Shown: positions 37,431 to 51,020, counted from the stretch's first letter. The stretch: 64,000 nucleotides of DNA from Gracilinanus agilis (GCF_016433145.1 NC_058130.1:416405735-416469734); one strand, 5' to 3'. Translations and numbers: made by a program. Notes: generated by a model from the letters alone, not told the origin.

Positions 37431-38927
37431 CTAGTAACAAACAATTATATAAAAGAAACAACAAAATAACCAGGAAACAAGGGCTCCCCTGCTTACTTAT
37501 GGTAAGTGTGGTCTCTGCATGTCATTCGCATAGGAATAAGAAAAGGACTGTACCTGTGATTTCACTGGTATAGGGAAGTCCTAGGGAGAGCTGCTCCCTT
37601 TATTACACAGCTTTCTATCTTAAAGAGGAGCCCAGGCTGCTGAGATGTTAAATGGTTTGTCTGGTGTTATAGATCAAGAAAGACCCAAAGGCAAGGCTTG
37701 AACTCATGCCTACCTTGAAATCATCCAAGGCTTGAACTCATGGTCTTATATCTAAGTCCAACTTTGTAGGTTCACTAGTTTTCCCATTCGAGAATCAATT
37801 CTCTTAGAACTGAATATGTACAAAGGGGAAAAAAAAACCTCAACACTTCCAGGGTCAGTTATCAAATTCAGCTCATTTTCATGACGCGTTTTTATGCCTC
37901 TATTTGTTTTGATTTTCATTTCCTTATACTCATCAGTTTTAGACTTCTGAATATCTATTTGGATGTTGGAACCTAGGGCCTTCCTATATCCACTTCTTCT
38001 ATCCCTTACTGTCCAATGTACTATGGCCTAGAGTTTGTCATAACTAAACTGCTTATCTGAATACTAGATTTAAAGAAATGTTTTTTTTTTCCTAAATCTG
38101 ACTCAATACCTTCTTTGGATCATGGCCATCTAAAAGGTTTCTTCCCTCCTGACTCCTACCTGAAAAATAGATATGTTGGCTTTCTATAGACCTATCTAAC
38201 AAACTCTCATTAAGAATTGATTTCCATTTGGTGCTCTAAGACCATAAGAAGAATATATGGAAATTTCAGTTTCTTTAATAATAGCTCATATTTTCATAGT
38301 GGTTTAAAGGCTACAGAGTTGTTTTCCCACCACAATAACTTTAATTTCAAGGTAAATAATGCAATATTATTATCCCCATTTTATAAGTGAAACAATTGAA
38401 ATTCAAGAAGGCTTAGTGACTTGCTATGTGTCACATATTAGTAAATATCAGAATTAGCATTCAAATCCTTATACTCCGACATCAGATGCAGGGTTTTTTA
38501 CATTATACCACAATTCTTTCCTCCTTTTTTATGACCTATAATGTAATGAATTGAGCTTATTCATGCTCCTTCATTCCTAAAAGAGGAATGCCAGAGGTTT
38601 GTGGTTGTCTAACCAAACTGCCAAGAAATGTAGGCATCATTTATACAGTGTTTCTGAGTTCCTGCAAGGAAATCTTCATTTTCAGGTTTACAGTGAGTAC
38701 TCTCATTACTTCCTGAGATAGTCCATTCATTTCTTGATTGGTTGTCTTTATTGTTTACTTATGTTGAGACATGGTCTGTCCTATAGTAAATTTAATTTCT
38801 TGGTCTTTGTTCTGCCATCTGGATTCAGGTAGTTAGTTATATATTCTTTGAGTCACTGAATCTTAGAGCTCAGGGGGTAACAATCATTTATTATGCTCTT
38901 TATATGATTCATAAATATCTTCTATAA

Positions 38928-39135
38928 TGGGGGTTATTAATCTGGGATTCATAGACACTCAAAGGGGTTAATGAATAAGGCCTCTGAACTGAATCTTTTA
39001 GTATTTTGATAACTATTTGAATATAATTGATTCCTTTATAATCTTGTGAATTTTATTTTATGTTTTTTAAGAATATTATTTTAGAAGTCCATAGGCTCCA
39101 TAAGAACACTGAAGGGGTCCATGACAGAAAAGACA
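38928..39135 (+). mobile_element. MER33-like hAT-Charlie fossil
   Basis: ggggttattaatctgggattcatagac...tattttgataactatttgaatataattg...gaaggggtccatgacagaaaag. Confidence 0.6.
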
Positions 39136-39299
39136 AAATATCTTCATACCATTTCTAATAGGTGATGTAAGTTAAGTTTTGCATTTAGTCTCTTCTTGAA
39201 TTTATCCAGTCAGAGAGAAAACACTTCATCATAAAACAATATTTAATTTAGGAGAAATGTTTTATTAAATTGATCCAAATCTTCTTGTTTCTAACTTTC

Positions 39300-39932
39300 A
39301 TTTTTTAGTGTTAGTCATACCTGATCCCAAACCTTCCTGTTCCTATCAAGGATACTGCCGTTGTCCTAGATAACTAGATTCACAGTCTCAATTTCAGCAT
39401 CAACTCTTTACTCCCACTTATCTCACATATCCTAACTTCTGTTAAATCTAATAATTTCTATCTTCACAACATTTCTTGTGGAGGTCCCCTTTTCTCTCCT
39501 CACATAGTTATTACACTAGTCTAAGTCTTTACTACCCCATTCCCTAGAGACTATTACAGTAACTTCCTAACTGGTACCTCAGTCTCTTGTCTCTGTCCTT
39601 TCCAATATATTCTACATTCAGCTATGAAGGCTGTTTTTCCAAATATAGGTTTAACCACATCTGCTCTATTGTCACCATCCTAAATAAATTCCAATGACTC
39701 CTTATTACCTCTATGATTAAATATGAAACTTCTGTTTGGTCTTTAATGCTCTTCATATGGTCTTAATTCCTTCATACCATCCCAATCTTCCTATGCTTCA
39801 CTCCCATCCATACACCTCACTATGTAGTTATATATGCCTACTTGATATTCCTAGAACAAGGCATTCTATCTCCTGGTCCATCTTTATGCTTCTACATTGG
39901 TTGTCCCTCATGCCTCAAATGTTTTGCACCCT

Positions 39933-40008
<76 letters not shown>

Positions 40009-40090
40009 ACTCCCTGTCTTCCTTTAAGGTTCAACTCAAATCCTACCTTCTACAGGAAGTCTTTCCTACACTCCCTCACTCCCTCAGAAG
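39300..40090 (+). mobile_element. L2 LINE fossil containing a (CT)n array
   Basis: ctattacagtaacttcctaactggtacctcagtc..., cctttaaggttcaactcaaatcctaccttctacaggaagtctttcc. Confidence 0.7.
39937..40006. repeat. (CT)35 microsatellite
   Basis: Direct reading. Confidence 0.97.
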
Positions 40091-40254
40091 TAACTTCTTA
40101 CTGAGATTGCTTTCCATCTTGGCTATATGGGGTGTTCATGAAACATTAGCATCTATGTTCAGAGAGTTTGCTGAGTCCTTTCCAGGGCTGCTTCCTTTTT
40201 TCTTTCTTTCTTTTCTTTCTTTTCTTTTTTTTTTTTTTTGGTGCCTGCCTGTCA

Positions 40255-40720
40255 GTCAGCTCTTACCTGAGACTCCAAGAAGCATTAGCATGCACAATGA
40301 CCACACCCTGATAAAATATCACAGAAGTGGGCTAAATTAGGTTGAGGGTAATTGACAGGATTCAACCCATTGGTGAGTTAGATGTTTGTTTATCCCAGGT
40401 ATGTGAAGACTTTCCCCAGCAGAAGACATTAATGAAAATAATCTGTTCCAGAGGACATGGAGGTGCTATGAGCTGGCATTATAGAACGCTTAGAGTTTGG
40501 TTAGATATCAAAAAAGCCAAGGTCATCTACTGCATCCTAAGCTATTGTTAGTCATCTTGACTTTTTTCTTGGCACTGGATTTCAGTGACTCTGGAAGAGA
40601 AAGTAAGACTGATGACTTTGTATAACTCTGCCTCACTTAAATCCAATTTATGCTTGAGTCAAAAGACATCACTAGTGAGATAATTTTTGGTCCTCTTTCA
40701 GGATGAAGCCCGACAACTAA
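40255..40720 (+). mobile_element. RTE-related marsupial SINE (WALLSI-type)
   Basis: ttggcactggatttcagtgactctggaagagaaagtaagactgatgactttgtataactctgcctcacttaaatccaattt. Paralogous to the 8.8-9.3 kb copy. Confidence 0.65.
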
Positions 40721-41433
40721 ACAATTAAGGAATCAACCAATCTTCCTTCTATAACATTACATCTCCTCCATTAAAAAAATGAGTAATTTGAGGACAAAGA
40801 GGGTTTTTTAACCTTTCTTTGTATCATTAACATTTGGCATAGCATCTGACCCATAAAAGGAGATTAATAAATATTTGGTTACTGTTGACTTATTGACACT
40901 GGAATCTCATAAAGGAGATGAAAGACTTTTCCTACATGATAATCTCTCATACAGTGAAAATAGTGATCATAATTCTCTTCCCTTCCCTCAGATTTTAGAT
41001 GAAACATTTCCAGTTCCAGTAGAAGTTCTTTTTATGACATAGTTTGCAGACATTTCACCCTGCTGGTCATTCTCCAGTTTATCAATATTCTTTCTAAAAT
41101 GGGGTCCTTTGGGCTGAGAACAATATCCTTAGTGTGCTGAACAGGGAAGCTATTCCTTTTCTTCTATTTAGACAGTCTAAGATTAACCATGCCAACATCT
41201 GATAGTGAATATTAAATATTGAACACAGTGTTCTTCCTATTTTGTTTTTCTATAATGGACATGACACAGCAAGACAATAAAAATGAGCATTTTTTGTTAT
41301 GCCTCTTTGAATAAATGTTCTCTCTGATAGATGTTTCTATCTTAGTGCCACCTAAATACTCTTCCAACTATAATGATGAAAGGCTCCAAGATCTACAAAG
41401 TCTTTTTTTGTGTTTTCTCCCCTGTGTCCTTAC

Positions 41434-41506
41434 TCCTCATCCTCTTTTTGACACTTCCCTTCTGTTTATCCCAGTCCAGATTAGTTTTCTTTTTTAGAAT
41501 GGCAGG
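41434..41506 (-). CDS. Candidate internal coding exon (73 nt, phase 0-1), PAILKKKTNLDWDKQKGSVKKRMR
   Basis: Acceptor cctactcctatatttctaatttcag, donor GGA|GTAAGG, single open frame, phase-compatible with both flanking candidates. Confidence 0.35.
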
Positions 41507-41807
41507 CTGAATTAGAAATATAGGAGTAGGATATATCAGCATCTTGGAAGTGAGAAAGTGGCTACCTTTTAGGAAAATAAATGAACTTGCCTTCAAATAG
41601 CATTGATCTGATGAGATTCCAAATCATTCAGCATCACATTTTATAAAATATTACAACTCCCAAATGAAATTATTAATTTATTTGGCTAGTTGTAATACTT
41701 CCATGATGGATAATTAGAACCCATTCCTCTTTTAATGAATAAGTTTTGGCACTGGGCTATTTCCATGGTTCTTATTCCAAACTCCAGAAACGACTAACCC
41801 TATAACT

Positions 41808-42011
41808 CAGTGATGGGCAAACTTTTAAAGAGGGGGGCCAAAGGAAAGGAAATGGTCATCTGTCAGATTGTTTCTAAGGCGACTCTTTTGAAGGTTCATT
41901 GTATTGTGTCCTACTCATTGTATTTTTCAGATTAGGAGTAATGTCGCTGGGCTGGATAGAACATTTCAGGGGGCTGCATCTGGCCTACAGGCCGTGGTTT
42001 GCCCATCACTG
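41808..42011 (+). mobile_element. hAT MITE (204 bp), OposCharlie/OC1-like termini
   Basis: Near-perfect TIRs cagtgatgggcaaac / gtttgcccatcactg. TSD is degenerate (ctataact / cataatct). Confidence 0.88.
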
Positions 42012-44718
42012 CATAATCTTAACTCAGTCACTTAATCTATTTCATGTTTCATTGTCCTCATTTGTAAAAAGGACAATACTATATATTCTAATCCTGTGAT
42101 GGCAGTATTATGAGGATTTTGTCATATAATTCAAGACAGCATGATTTAAAAACAAAAAAAAATCCTTTATCATGGGACCTTCACTATGAGATCAAGGAGC
42201 AAGTCATCTCTTTATCACAATGGATTTTAATTGGCAACTTTGAAAAGTAGCCTGTTTTTTTCCTGAGTATAACCTTAATCTTAACATATAGATTTTTCAT
42301 TTTTATAAATTAATTTTCTCATTCTGAGATTAGCAAACTCTAAATGAGTTGGGTATTTTTATAATCAAAGGAGAAGATAAAAATCAGAACCTATGAGAAA
42401 TAGTGCATCTGTTATATACATCTTACTTTTTGTTTTATGCAAATGTTAAATTCTACACCTTACTTTTAAAACTGTCTTGCTTGTCTGTGTTTCCTTCTGG
42501 ATTTTCTTATGCTCTCTTATTTCATTTTTTATTTTTTATTTTTTAAAATATTGTCAGAATATTTTGAAAAAGTATAATATTATATACAAATTTAGTCTTC
42601 ATGCAACAAATATTTATTGATGGATTACTATGTTCAAGGAGTGACATTAAACAAGGGTTATCCTATTTATTTATCAATTCAATTCAACTCCCTATAATTC
42701 TTTTTTATACTCTGGGCAATGGGTAATGCTAGATACTGGGAACTGAAAATTGATATAAGATCTTGCCATCAAGGAGTGTATATTTTTTCCATTAAAGATA
42801 TATACTAATAAGTTCTATATTCTTAAGTATATGAAATAAGTATAAAGGAAGGAAATGCTATGAGAACTTTGAACTGGTATATCAAGGAAGATTTAATAAA
42901 AGAGGTGGTTCTTGATGACCATGAAGGAAGAAAATAATTTCAGTAGGTGCACATTACTGTTACACAGTACATGCTCAATAAATACCTGCTGACTTATTGA
43001 CTGACTACTGTGGTATAAGGTGAATTGAAAGAGGAAGAGGTCCATTCCAGGCATAGAGAATATGAGCTGGAAAGAAGATAAAAGATAAAAGAAAAAGTAG
43101 GGTGAAAATTCTAGTTTGACTGGCATATATTATATGTGAGGGAGCCTAGTAAGAGATCAAATGCATAAGTAAGTTGGAGCCACATTGTGGAATGACCATG
43201 TATCTTAGAATAAGGAGTCGTATATAGTACTCTATGAAATGAGGATCATTAAAGTTCTGTGAAATTGGGGAATGGTGTGTGATCAGGCTATATTGGCTGA
43301 GAGAGGTAAGAGAGTCAGAATACATTGCCAGGCGGCTATTATAATGAACCGGGTGAGAAAGGCTGAAAGTCTGTACTAAGGTGTTACTTGGTTTTATTAT
43401 GTAGAAAGAAGGGGATTCCTTTGAGAAGCTCTGGAAGTAGTGGATTTGATGTGGAGAGTGGGAGAAATGGAAAAGTAAAAGATGGTTCTAACACAATGCT
43501 GATAATCACCAAAGTATGGTATGTACTCTTTCTTGTAATATTATTCCTCTTTCCTGCAATGACTTTGAGTACATCTGATAATTATAATAGCTAGCATTTA
43601 TATAGTAGTGACTATGTTCCAGGTATTGCACAAAATACTTTTAAAAATATCATTATATTTGATCCTCACTACAATCTTTGGAGTGGGGTGATATTATTAT
43701 ACCTGTTTTCAGTTGACACAACTGAGACAGAGTTTAAGTCTCATCAATGTCACAGATGTAGTAACTATCTGGGATCAGATTTGGTCTCTAATCTTCTTGA
43801 CTTTTGACTCAGCCCTCTATCTAATTATGCCACCTAGCTGTACATCTAAATATATTTAGCATATTTAGCATGGACCAGTTTGAATAGCTATAGATATCCT
43901 AGGTAGTGTCTAGGAAAGATATTGTTTTATCTAGTTATGCAAAGAAATGTGCTCCTGAAAAGCTAGATGAGTTAAACATTTAAGAAGAGTTTATTTTAAG
44001 TGATGTGGGAAATATTTCTTTTTAAAGGTATTATTATGATATGCAAGAGCTTTTGTAAATTGAAGAAACCTTGTTTAACATAAATACTTTGAGATAAGCA
44101 TGGGAGGATTTTTCAGACAGATGCCACCAGGTCCTTGGAGGCAGCTTGAGACTGAGGTATCTCTTCATTTGGCTAATAACCCAAAGACCAGTAACCAGCT
44201 GTCCAGTTGGTTCCTGGAAATCCAGGCCCCTCTCCAAGAGTATTCAGAAAATTCTAAGAATGTGAAAGCAACAGCTGCCACTATTGGCAGTCCCCTGGAA
44301 TATAGGTGTGCAGAGTGAAGCTTATTTTCCTCATCTGTAAAATCAGTGAATACCTGCCCTAACTATATTCATAGCATTGTTATGGGTAACAAATAAAATG
44401 TTAGATGTGGGGTTTTTTTAAAGCATAATGTGCTCTGCAAATGAGAGGTATTAGCCTTAGCATCTCTTCTGATTTCAAAAGACTATCTGGTCACATCCAC
44501 TAAGATATGTTTAAAGAGGCAAAGCTAGCCTTTGGCACACTTGTCACTATCTTTTTCAGTCCTCTCTTCCCCATTCCTAGTTCCTTGACACCTGGATCAA
44601 GTCTTCCCTCCCATCAAGTGCCTCTCTTGCAATTATCATTATTCTTAACTAAGAGATTGTGGTGATAGATGTTTTAGATGATATTACCTCCTCCAGGAGA
44701 GTTTACATTACTTAAGGG

Positions 44719-44934
44719 TAGTGATGGTGAAACTTTTAGAGACAGAGTGCCCAAACTGCAACCCTCACATGGCATGTGAGCCTTCCCTTACCCCAAACAG
44801 GAGAGGGAGGAAGCACTCCCATTGAAGTGCTGGGCAGAGTGGCAGGTGATGAAAGAAATGTCCTCAAGGTATATATGGAGAAGGAGAGGGGAGCAGGACC
44901 CTTCTGTATGCATGCCATAGGTTTGTCAACATGG
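44719..44934 (-). mobile_element. hAT MITE (216 bp), same family as 29276-29747 in the opposite orientation
   Basis: Ends tagtgatggtgaaacttttagagacagagtgccc and gcatgccataggtttgtcaacatgg match the reverse complement of the 29.3 kb element ends. TSD cttaaggg / ctttaggg. Confidence 0.85.
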
Positions 44935-44949
44935 CTTTAGGGAATCCCT

Positions 44950-45180
44950 GAGGGTAGTTAGATGATTAAGTAAATATAGATCTTGGATTGGAGTCAGAAA
45001 AACTCACTTCCTGAGTTCAAATCTGGGCTGAGACACATTTGCTGTGTGACCTTGGGCAAGTCACTTAACTGTGCTTGCCTCATGTTCCTCATATATAAAA
45101 TGAGGAAAATGCACTCCAGTATCTTTATCTAAAAAACCCACATGGGGTCAGAAAGAATCAGACATGAATAAACAATAATA
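44950..45180 (+). mobile_element. MAR1/MIR-type SINE
   Basis: gagttcaaatctgggctgagacac...gtgaccttgggcaagtcacttaac...catggggtcagaaagaatcagacatg. Confidence 0.75.
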
Positions 45181-45549
45181 ACAACAGCAAAAGACCCTAT
45201 ATAATGGGAGACTCTTAATGATACCAAAGGAATGAGTTTCTTTTGGTGAAATTTTAGACTTTGTCTCTAATGACAAAGGAAATAATTAGAAGAAATGGAA
45301 TATAGCCAATTTCCCCATGTTGATATGTGCAATGGAGGCAATAATGGCTATAGTACAGTCCTTACAAGTTGTTCTAAAGATTAAAATATTTGATGTGTAT
45401 AGCATGCTTTTCAAACATTGGAGAACTGTGTGGGTTAGTTTTTTTATTAATAATAGTAATAATAATAATATTAAGTGACATCATCATTACTTTCTCCTAT
45501 ACCCATATAAGAGAGAAAGAATGGAATAACTGACAGGAATGTACCTCAG

Positions 45550-45730
45550 GGGACCAGTTAGGTAGCAGTTGATAGAGTTCAAGTCCTGGAGTCAGGAGGA
45601 CCTGGGTTTGAAACTATCCTCAGACATGATATGGTTGTATGGCCCTGGGCAAGGCATTTAACCTTGATTGCCAATGCTTTGCACTCTTCTGTCTTAGAAA
45701 TGATATTAAGACAGAAGGTAAGGGTTTTAA
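45550..45730 (+). mobile_element. Marsupial SINE with diverged TSD
   Basis: gttcaagtcctggagtcaggaggacctgggtttg...cagaaggtaagggttttaaaaaag. Flanks aatgtacctcag / aatgcatctcag. Confidence 0.8.
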
Positions 45731-47206
45731 AAAAGAAAGAAATGCATCTCAGACTCTGGGTTCTGGTCATACCACTGACACATTTTGACTGACTTTGGGC
45801 AAATTGCAGTACTCTAAAACAAGTTACTTGCATAGTTAAGAGACTTTTCTCAGGGAATATGTTACCTTTAACTGTAAAAATCACAAGTACATTCTTTAAA
45901 CCTATAGCTATACAAGCAGAAGAAGAAAGGTGTAATAAATAGATAAAGAGTATGGCATACACAGGCATTATAGACCCAAGTCTAAATCACATCTATAACA
46001 ATTATGAGTTGTGTGGCCATGGCAAGTCGCTTAGCCCCTTTGAGCCAAGATTAAAGATTATTGATAAGATGGATGGAGAGAGAGTTTCTACATGGACTGA
46101 ATCCCAGGTCTTCCATGATTGGCATGTCTCTTTCAAAAGCTGGCCCTGCCATGGAGGCAGGGACAAAACAAAAAGAATCCTCTGTCCACTCCAGACTAGG
46201 GAGGAAGATGGCAACTGACAATTAACAAGATGACAAAAGAGCTAAGTTGCCCCAAGGCCTCTATATTTGAGCAATTCCAGGCTCACTTTTAGATTTAATG
46301 TTCCACTGCCAATAATGACTTCTCCTGGAGGTGAGGGAGGGTGAGGGTTGTGACTGTCAGTCCAAGGTGTGTGTACTTACTTATCTTTGTTGGGGAAAGA
46401 CTGAACTCAAAGGTGACTTCTATTCCCCTTGGAGATATGAGACTTAGTGGAGGAGGAGAACTCATAAAAAAGCAATAGCAAATCCAAGTGGCAAAGAGAG
46501 TATGAGTCACCCCTAGGAAAGCCCATTACCATTTCTAAACTAGGGCTATACTCTCAATTTCTCCCTTTTTATGGCGAAAGTGAAAGGCATAGAACTCCCA
46601 CACACTTTTCCTCCAGCCACTTTGAATATTGCTCTCTCTTGTTCTCCCCTTTGCTGGTGATAAAAAGCTTATTCTGCATATTCCCAGACATCCTGTGGCA
46701 CAGAATGTCCCTAATGTGACTGCCCAATGCATTGACATTCATATTTAGTCAGGAAAGGCGAGTCATTTTTGAGGGAAGGGGAGCACAATTTGCTATGTAA
46801 TGCAGTGAGACAGTCCTATATCTCCTACTGAGGTTCCTGACAGATCTTATAAAAGATCGTAAATTACTATCTGTTGAAATATATGAATTTAATGGATTCC
46901 ATTAATGCACACCTGCACAGAAGAGATTTTGCAAGCCCAAAGATATGATCAGTCAAACAGCTTTAATAGTTATTAATTACGGGAGCTCACTATTTATTCC
47001 CTGCCTACATAGAAATCTGCAAGTATTGTAATACTTGCACTTTCAGGATTTGCTGGATGGAAGCAGGAGAGAGGCTTTGGTTGAAAGAAATCAAATACTT
47101 TCTTTAGCGAATGAATTTCAATACTAGGCATTATTTATATATTTATGTATTTACTGCTGCTGGGGTGCTATTTTTTTCCTGTGGATTTTGAACAATCTAA
47201 GGACAT

Positions 47207-47207
<1 letters not shown>

Positions 47208-47253
<46 letters not shown>
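47208..47253. repeat. (GT)n microsatellite
   Basis: Direct reading. Confidence 0.96.
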
Positions 47254-47257
<4 letters not shown>

Positions 47258-49249
47258 AGATGGGGGGAGGGGGTTCGTCCCATTACAAAACAGAGCATTG
47301 ACATGTTTTAAGGTTAAGTTTCTTCCAAATGCAGAGAAAATCAAAGGAAAGCTAGCATGGTAGAAAGACAACTGCATTTGCAGTGCATAAGCCTAGGTTC
47401 AAATCTCAGCTCTGCAACTTCCTACTCATTTGAGGCTAGAGGAATCCTTTAAATTTGCTTAGCATCAATTTCCTCATTTTTAAAAATAGACAATTGGACT
47501 AGATGATTTCTCAAGTTTCTCAAAGCTCTAAATACAATGGGATAAGTATATGTCACTAAACCCAAGCTAACCTGCCATAGGGCTCCCAGTTAGAGATGTA
47601 TTCCTCACTGGTGAGTTTTTGACCATTGTTGAACATCCCGATGCCTTTGTCTAACCAGAAATCTATCCCTGCCTATTTATTCAGATATATGACACAGTTA
47701 GATGTCTTCATGTGTCCCATACTTCCCTGGGGCCTTGTTGCTCCAAAGTGCCTCCTTTCACTGTGCTCTAAAGTACATTTTTCTGCAACTTGAATTTCAT
47801 CAGCTTATTAGAAGAATTTCATCTACTTATTAGAAGACACCACACATAGAACATAGTACCACATGCAATTTTGAATTCTGAGTAATTTTCCAGTCCCATT
47901 CTAACTAATCTCATTTTACAGATGAGAAAACTGAGTCCCAGAGGGATAACGGTGACTTAGTAAAGACCACACAACTAAAAGTAGCTAAGCTAGGATTCAG
48001 TTGGTCAGTAAATATTTATTAAGCACTAACCATGTACCAGGCACTATGCAAAGCGATAAGAGGATACAAAGAGAAACAAAAGACAATTCCTATTCTCAAA
48101 GAGCTTGCATACTAATGTGATAGACTACATGAAAGCAACCATGTACAAATAAGCTAAATAAAGAATACATTGGAATAACCAACAAAGAATAGGCACTAGA
48201 ATTAAAAGGTATTGGGAAAGGCTTTCCTTAGATCATAGGATTTTAGCAAGGAAGTGAAGTAAGCCAGGGTATCTAAGAGATAGTGATAGGAAATCTGGCA
48301 TTTCAAGAATTGGGGTAAACCAGTGACAATGCCCACAAGTATGAGATAGAGTATTTTGTTCAAGAAGTAGTCAAAATGCCAGTGTTTTTGTATAGAAAAG
48401 TACAAGAACTCCTCTGTGATCAACCTAGGGAGTCTATAAAGGAGAGGAGTCCAACATGAACCTGTAGCTCAGCTCTCTGAGTTAGAACTAGACTAACATA
48501 CAATTAGGAAAGATTTAGCAAAATGAATTAAAATGCAATAAAAGTATAACATTAATCAAGTATCCCTTCTACAGCATGACTTTTCACATTGTGGTTTTGC
48601 TATTTCAGAGTCAACATAAGACATTAAATGCAAATTTTGGGGGTGTTTTACAGAAGCCATAAATGACATGTGAAGACTGGAAGATGAGACAAAAATGTTT
48701 ACATCTAGCCTATGGTCAAACACTCAACCCAAATTTTATAATAAAGTTCTCTAAATACCCCATTAAAAATTCAAACATTTTCTCTGGAATGGAGAGCCCA
48801 CAAATTTGACAGGGATTTACTAGATCATGGTGGTGATGAGCCATTTTGCATTTTAAAATCAATATTCAATATCTTCAAAGTATAATATTTATAAATATGT
48901 ATTTACATTTAACTAGAGAGAGAACATAGGGAACATTCACGTGGAAGAGAGAGGATGTGTCAGAGCTAGCCCAAACTATATACAGACAGCATAACAACAC
49001 AAGTATGCCAAAGACGGAAGGAATTGTGGGCAATACAGAAAGGAATTTTGGGCAATGCAATTCCAGGGGTTCAAGATTTTCCAACTATATACCATTAACC
49101 CCTGTGATGTTGAAGGAATACTCGTAGCTTAAAGGTAAGTTGATATATGGCCTTTAGGAATTCTTATATAGATATATACTACTGGTCCCCATTTTTATTT
49201 GACACCAATGGCACAAAGTATAAAAAAGACTGGAATGGAAAGGGGGGGG

Positions 49250-49252
<3 letters not shown>

Positions 49253-49306
<54 letters not shown>
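49253..49306. repeat. (GA)n microsatellite after a G-run
   Basis: Direct reading. Confidence 0.96.
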
Positions 49307-49309
<3 letters not shown>

Positions 49310-50851
49310 GGGGCAGTAGGAAGTTATTAAAAGCTTTAAGTGTTGCAGTATTTTATATCTGATCCTGGATATATTAGGGAGCCACTGGAATTGTCATGGG
49401 GGGGCATGACATGGTCAGATATATATTTTAAGAAGATCATTTTGACATTTGAGTGGAGAATGGGCTAAAGACGGGAGGACTTTGTAGCAGGGAAGAACAG
49501 CCAGGAGGGTTAGTGAAATAGGCAAGACAGCAATAAGTGAGGTGGGAGATGATAAGTGGGCTACCAGGGTAATAGCAATGTAATAGGAGATGAGGGGGCA
49601 TATATAAGAGAGGTTATCAGAGTAAGTAGACAGGTCATGACAACAGACTGGATACCGGAGAAAAAGTGAGGATAATACCTAGGTTGGAATCCTGAGAGAC
49701 TGGGGTAATACTGGTACCCTCAAAGGAAATTGAGAAATTGGGAAATTGGGAAGAGGAGAGAGTTTTGGAGGAAAACCAATGAGTTTATTTTGGATATAAA
49801 AACATTCACTTATTCTACTATACCATACCACAAATGTATATGGATACTTTGATATAATTGGCATTGTTTTTGTTTCCTACATAAATCCTTTTAGTCCACA
49901 CTCAGCTCCTGTCTTACCTCCTCTTGAAATCTTCTTCAACAATTCAGGCCCTGTAATCTCTCTTTTCTCAGAATCCCCATTCCTGGAATCAGGTACCATT
50001 TATCTTGGTGTTTAATCACATTCAAATTCATATTGTCATCTAATTATGCCTTACACATTAGTTTTATCTCTCAGTTGAGATTGTAAACTCTGTCAGAAGA
50101 CAACTGTATCTTTTTTTTCCCTCTTTTGATTCACATCCTCCTTTCCCCTAGAGCCAGTATGATTTGTGGTAGGTATACAGAGGAGAGCAGGAAATGAATG
50201 ATATGGGAAGGAGGGGGCCATGGTCATTTTCTCCCACTAACAAAAGGGTAGGATGAATGTATCCAGTGAATAAAGAGAGAATCAGCCAGGTTACCATCTC
50301 AATAAGCACAGGGCGGATATTAGAGGGGGTGACACTTGCTGTCGACATTTCATTTCCTATCATTTTTCATGCGCCTACACAGAGAAGCAACTGTGCTCTT
50401 GAAGGCTTGGAGCAGAGAAAAGTCATTTCTATGCTTAGACCTTCTGTGTGTTTAACTCTGGCCCCAAGTAGGTGTGTGTGTGTGTGGGGGGGTGATACTT
50501 GAGGTTTGGAATGTCCATACATGTGGGAAAATAAAAATAAGCTTTTATTGTTTAGAAACCAGTTTACATTATTGACACCTTTTCATGTAACTATGAGTAG
50601 AAGCAGCTGGGTGGCACAGTTGATAGAACTCCAGGTCCAGAGTAGGAAATAAATGATTTCAAATCTAGTCTTGGATACTTACCAGTTTTATATCCTTGGG
50701 TAAGTAACTTAAGCTCTGTTTGCTTCAGTTTCCTCTGTTGTAGCATATTGGTAATAATAGCACTTACCTGACAGGGATATTGTTAATAATAAATATGATA
50801 ACATTAGAAAGTATACAGTACAGTGTCTGACACTTAGTAGACACTTAAATA

Positions 50852-51020
50852 CTTCCTTCCTCCCTCCCTCTCTCCTTTCCTTCCTTCCTTCTTTCTTTCT
50901 TTCCTTCCTTCCTTCCTTCCTTTCATTCTTTCTCCCTTCCTTCATTCCATTTTTTCTCCCTTCCTTCTATCCTTTCTCTTTTCCTTCATTCCTTCCTTCT
51001 TTCCTTCCCTTATTCCTTCA
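50852..51020. repeat. (CTTC)n/(CTTT)n pyrimidine-rich low-complexity tract
   Basis: Direct reading. Confidence 0.92.

Noticed and set aside
39736-40340. ORFs of 122-147 aa with SLSLSL runs (similar cases at 13657-14064, 9984-10247, 50709-50945, 11526-11750)
   Set aside because: They are open only because they cross microsatellites that lack stop codons.
46381-46442. Minus-strand 62-nt exon candidate (LISPRGIEVTFEFSLSPTKI) with a GTAAGT donor
   Set aside because: Its phases (2-1) do not fit between the 53.5 kb and 41.5 kb candidates and the acceptor is mediocre, so it is left unassigned.
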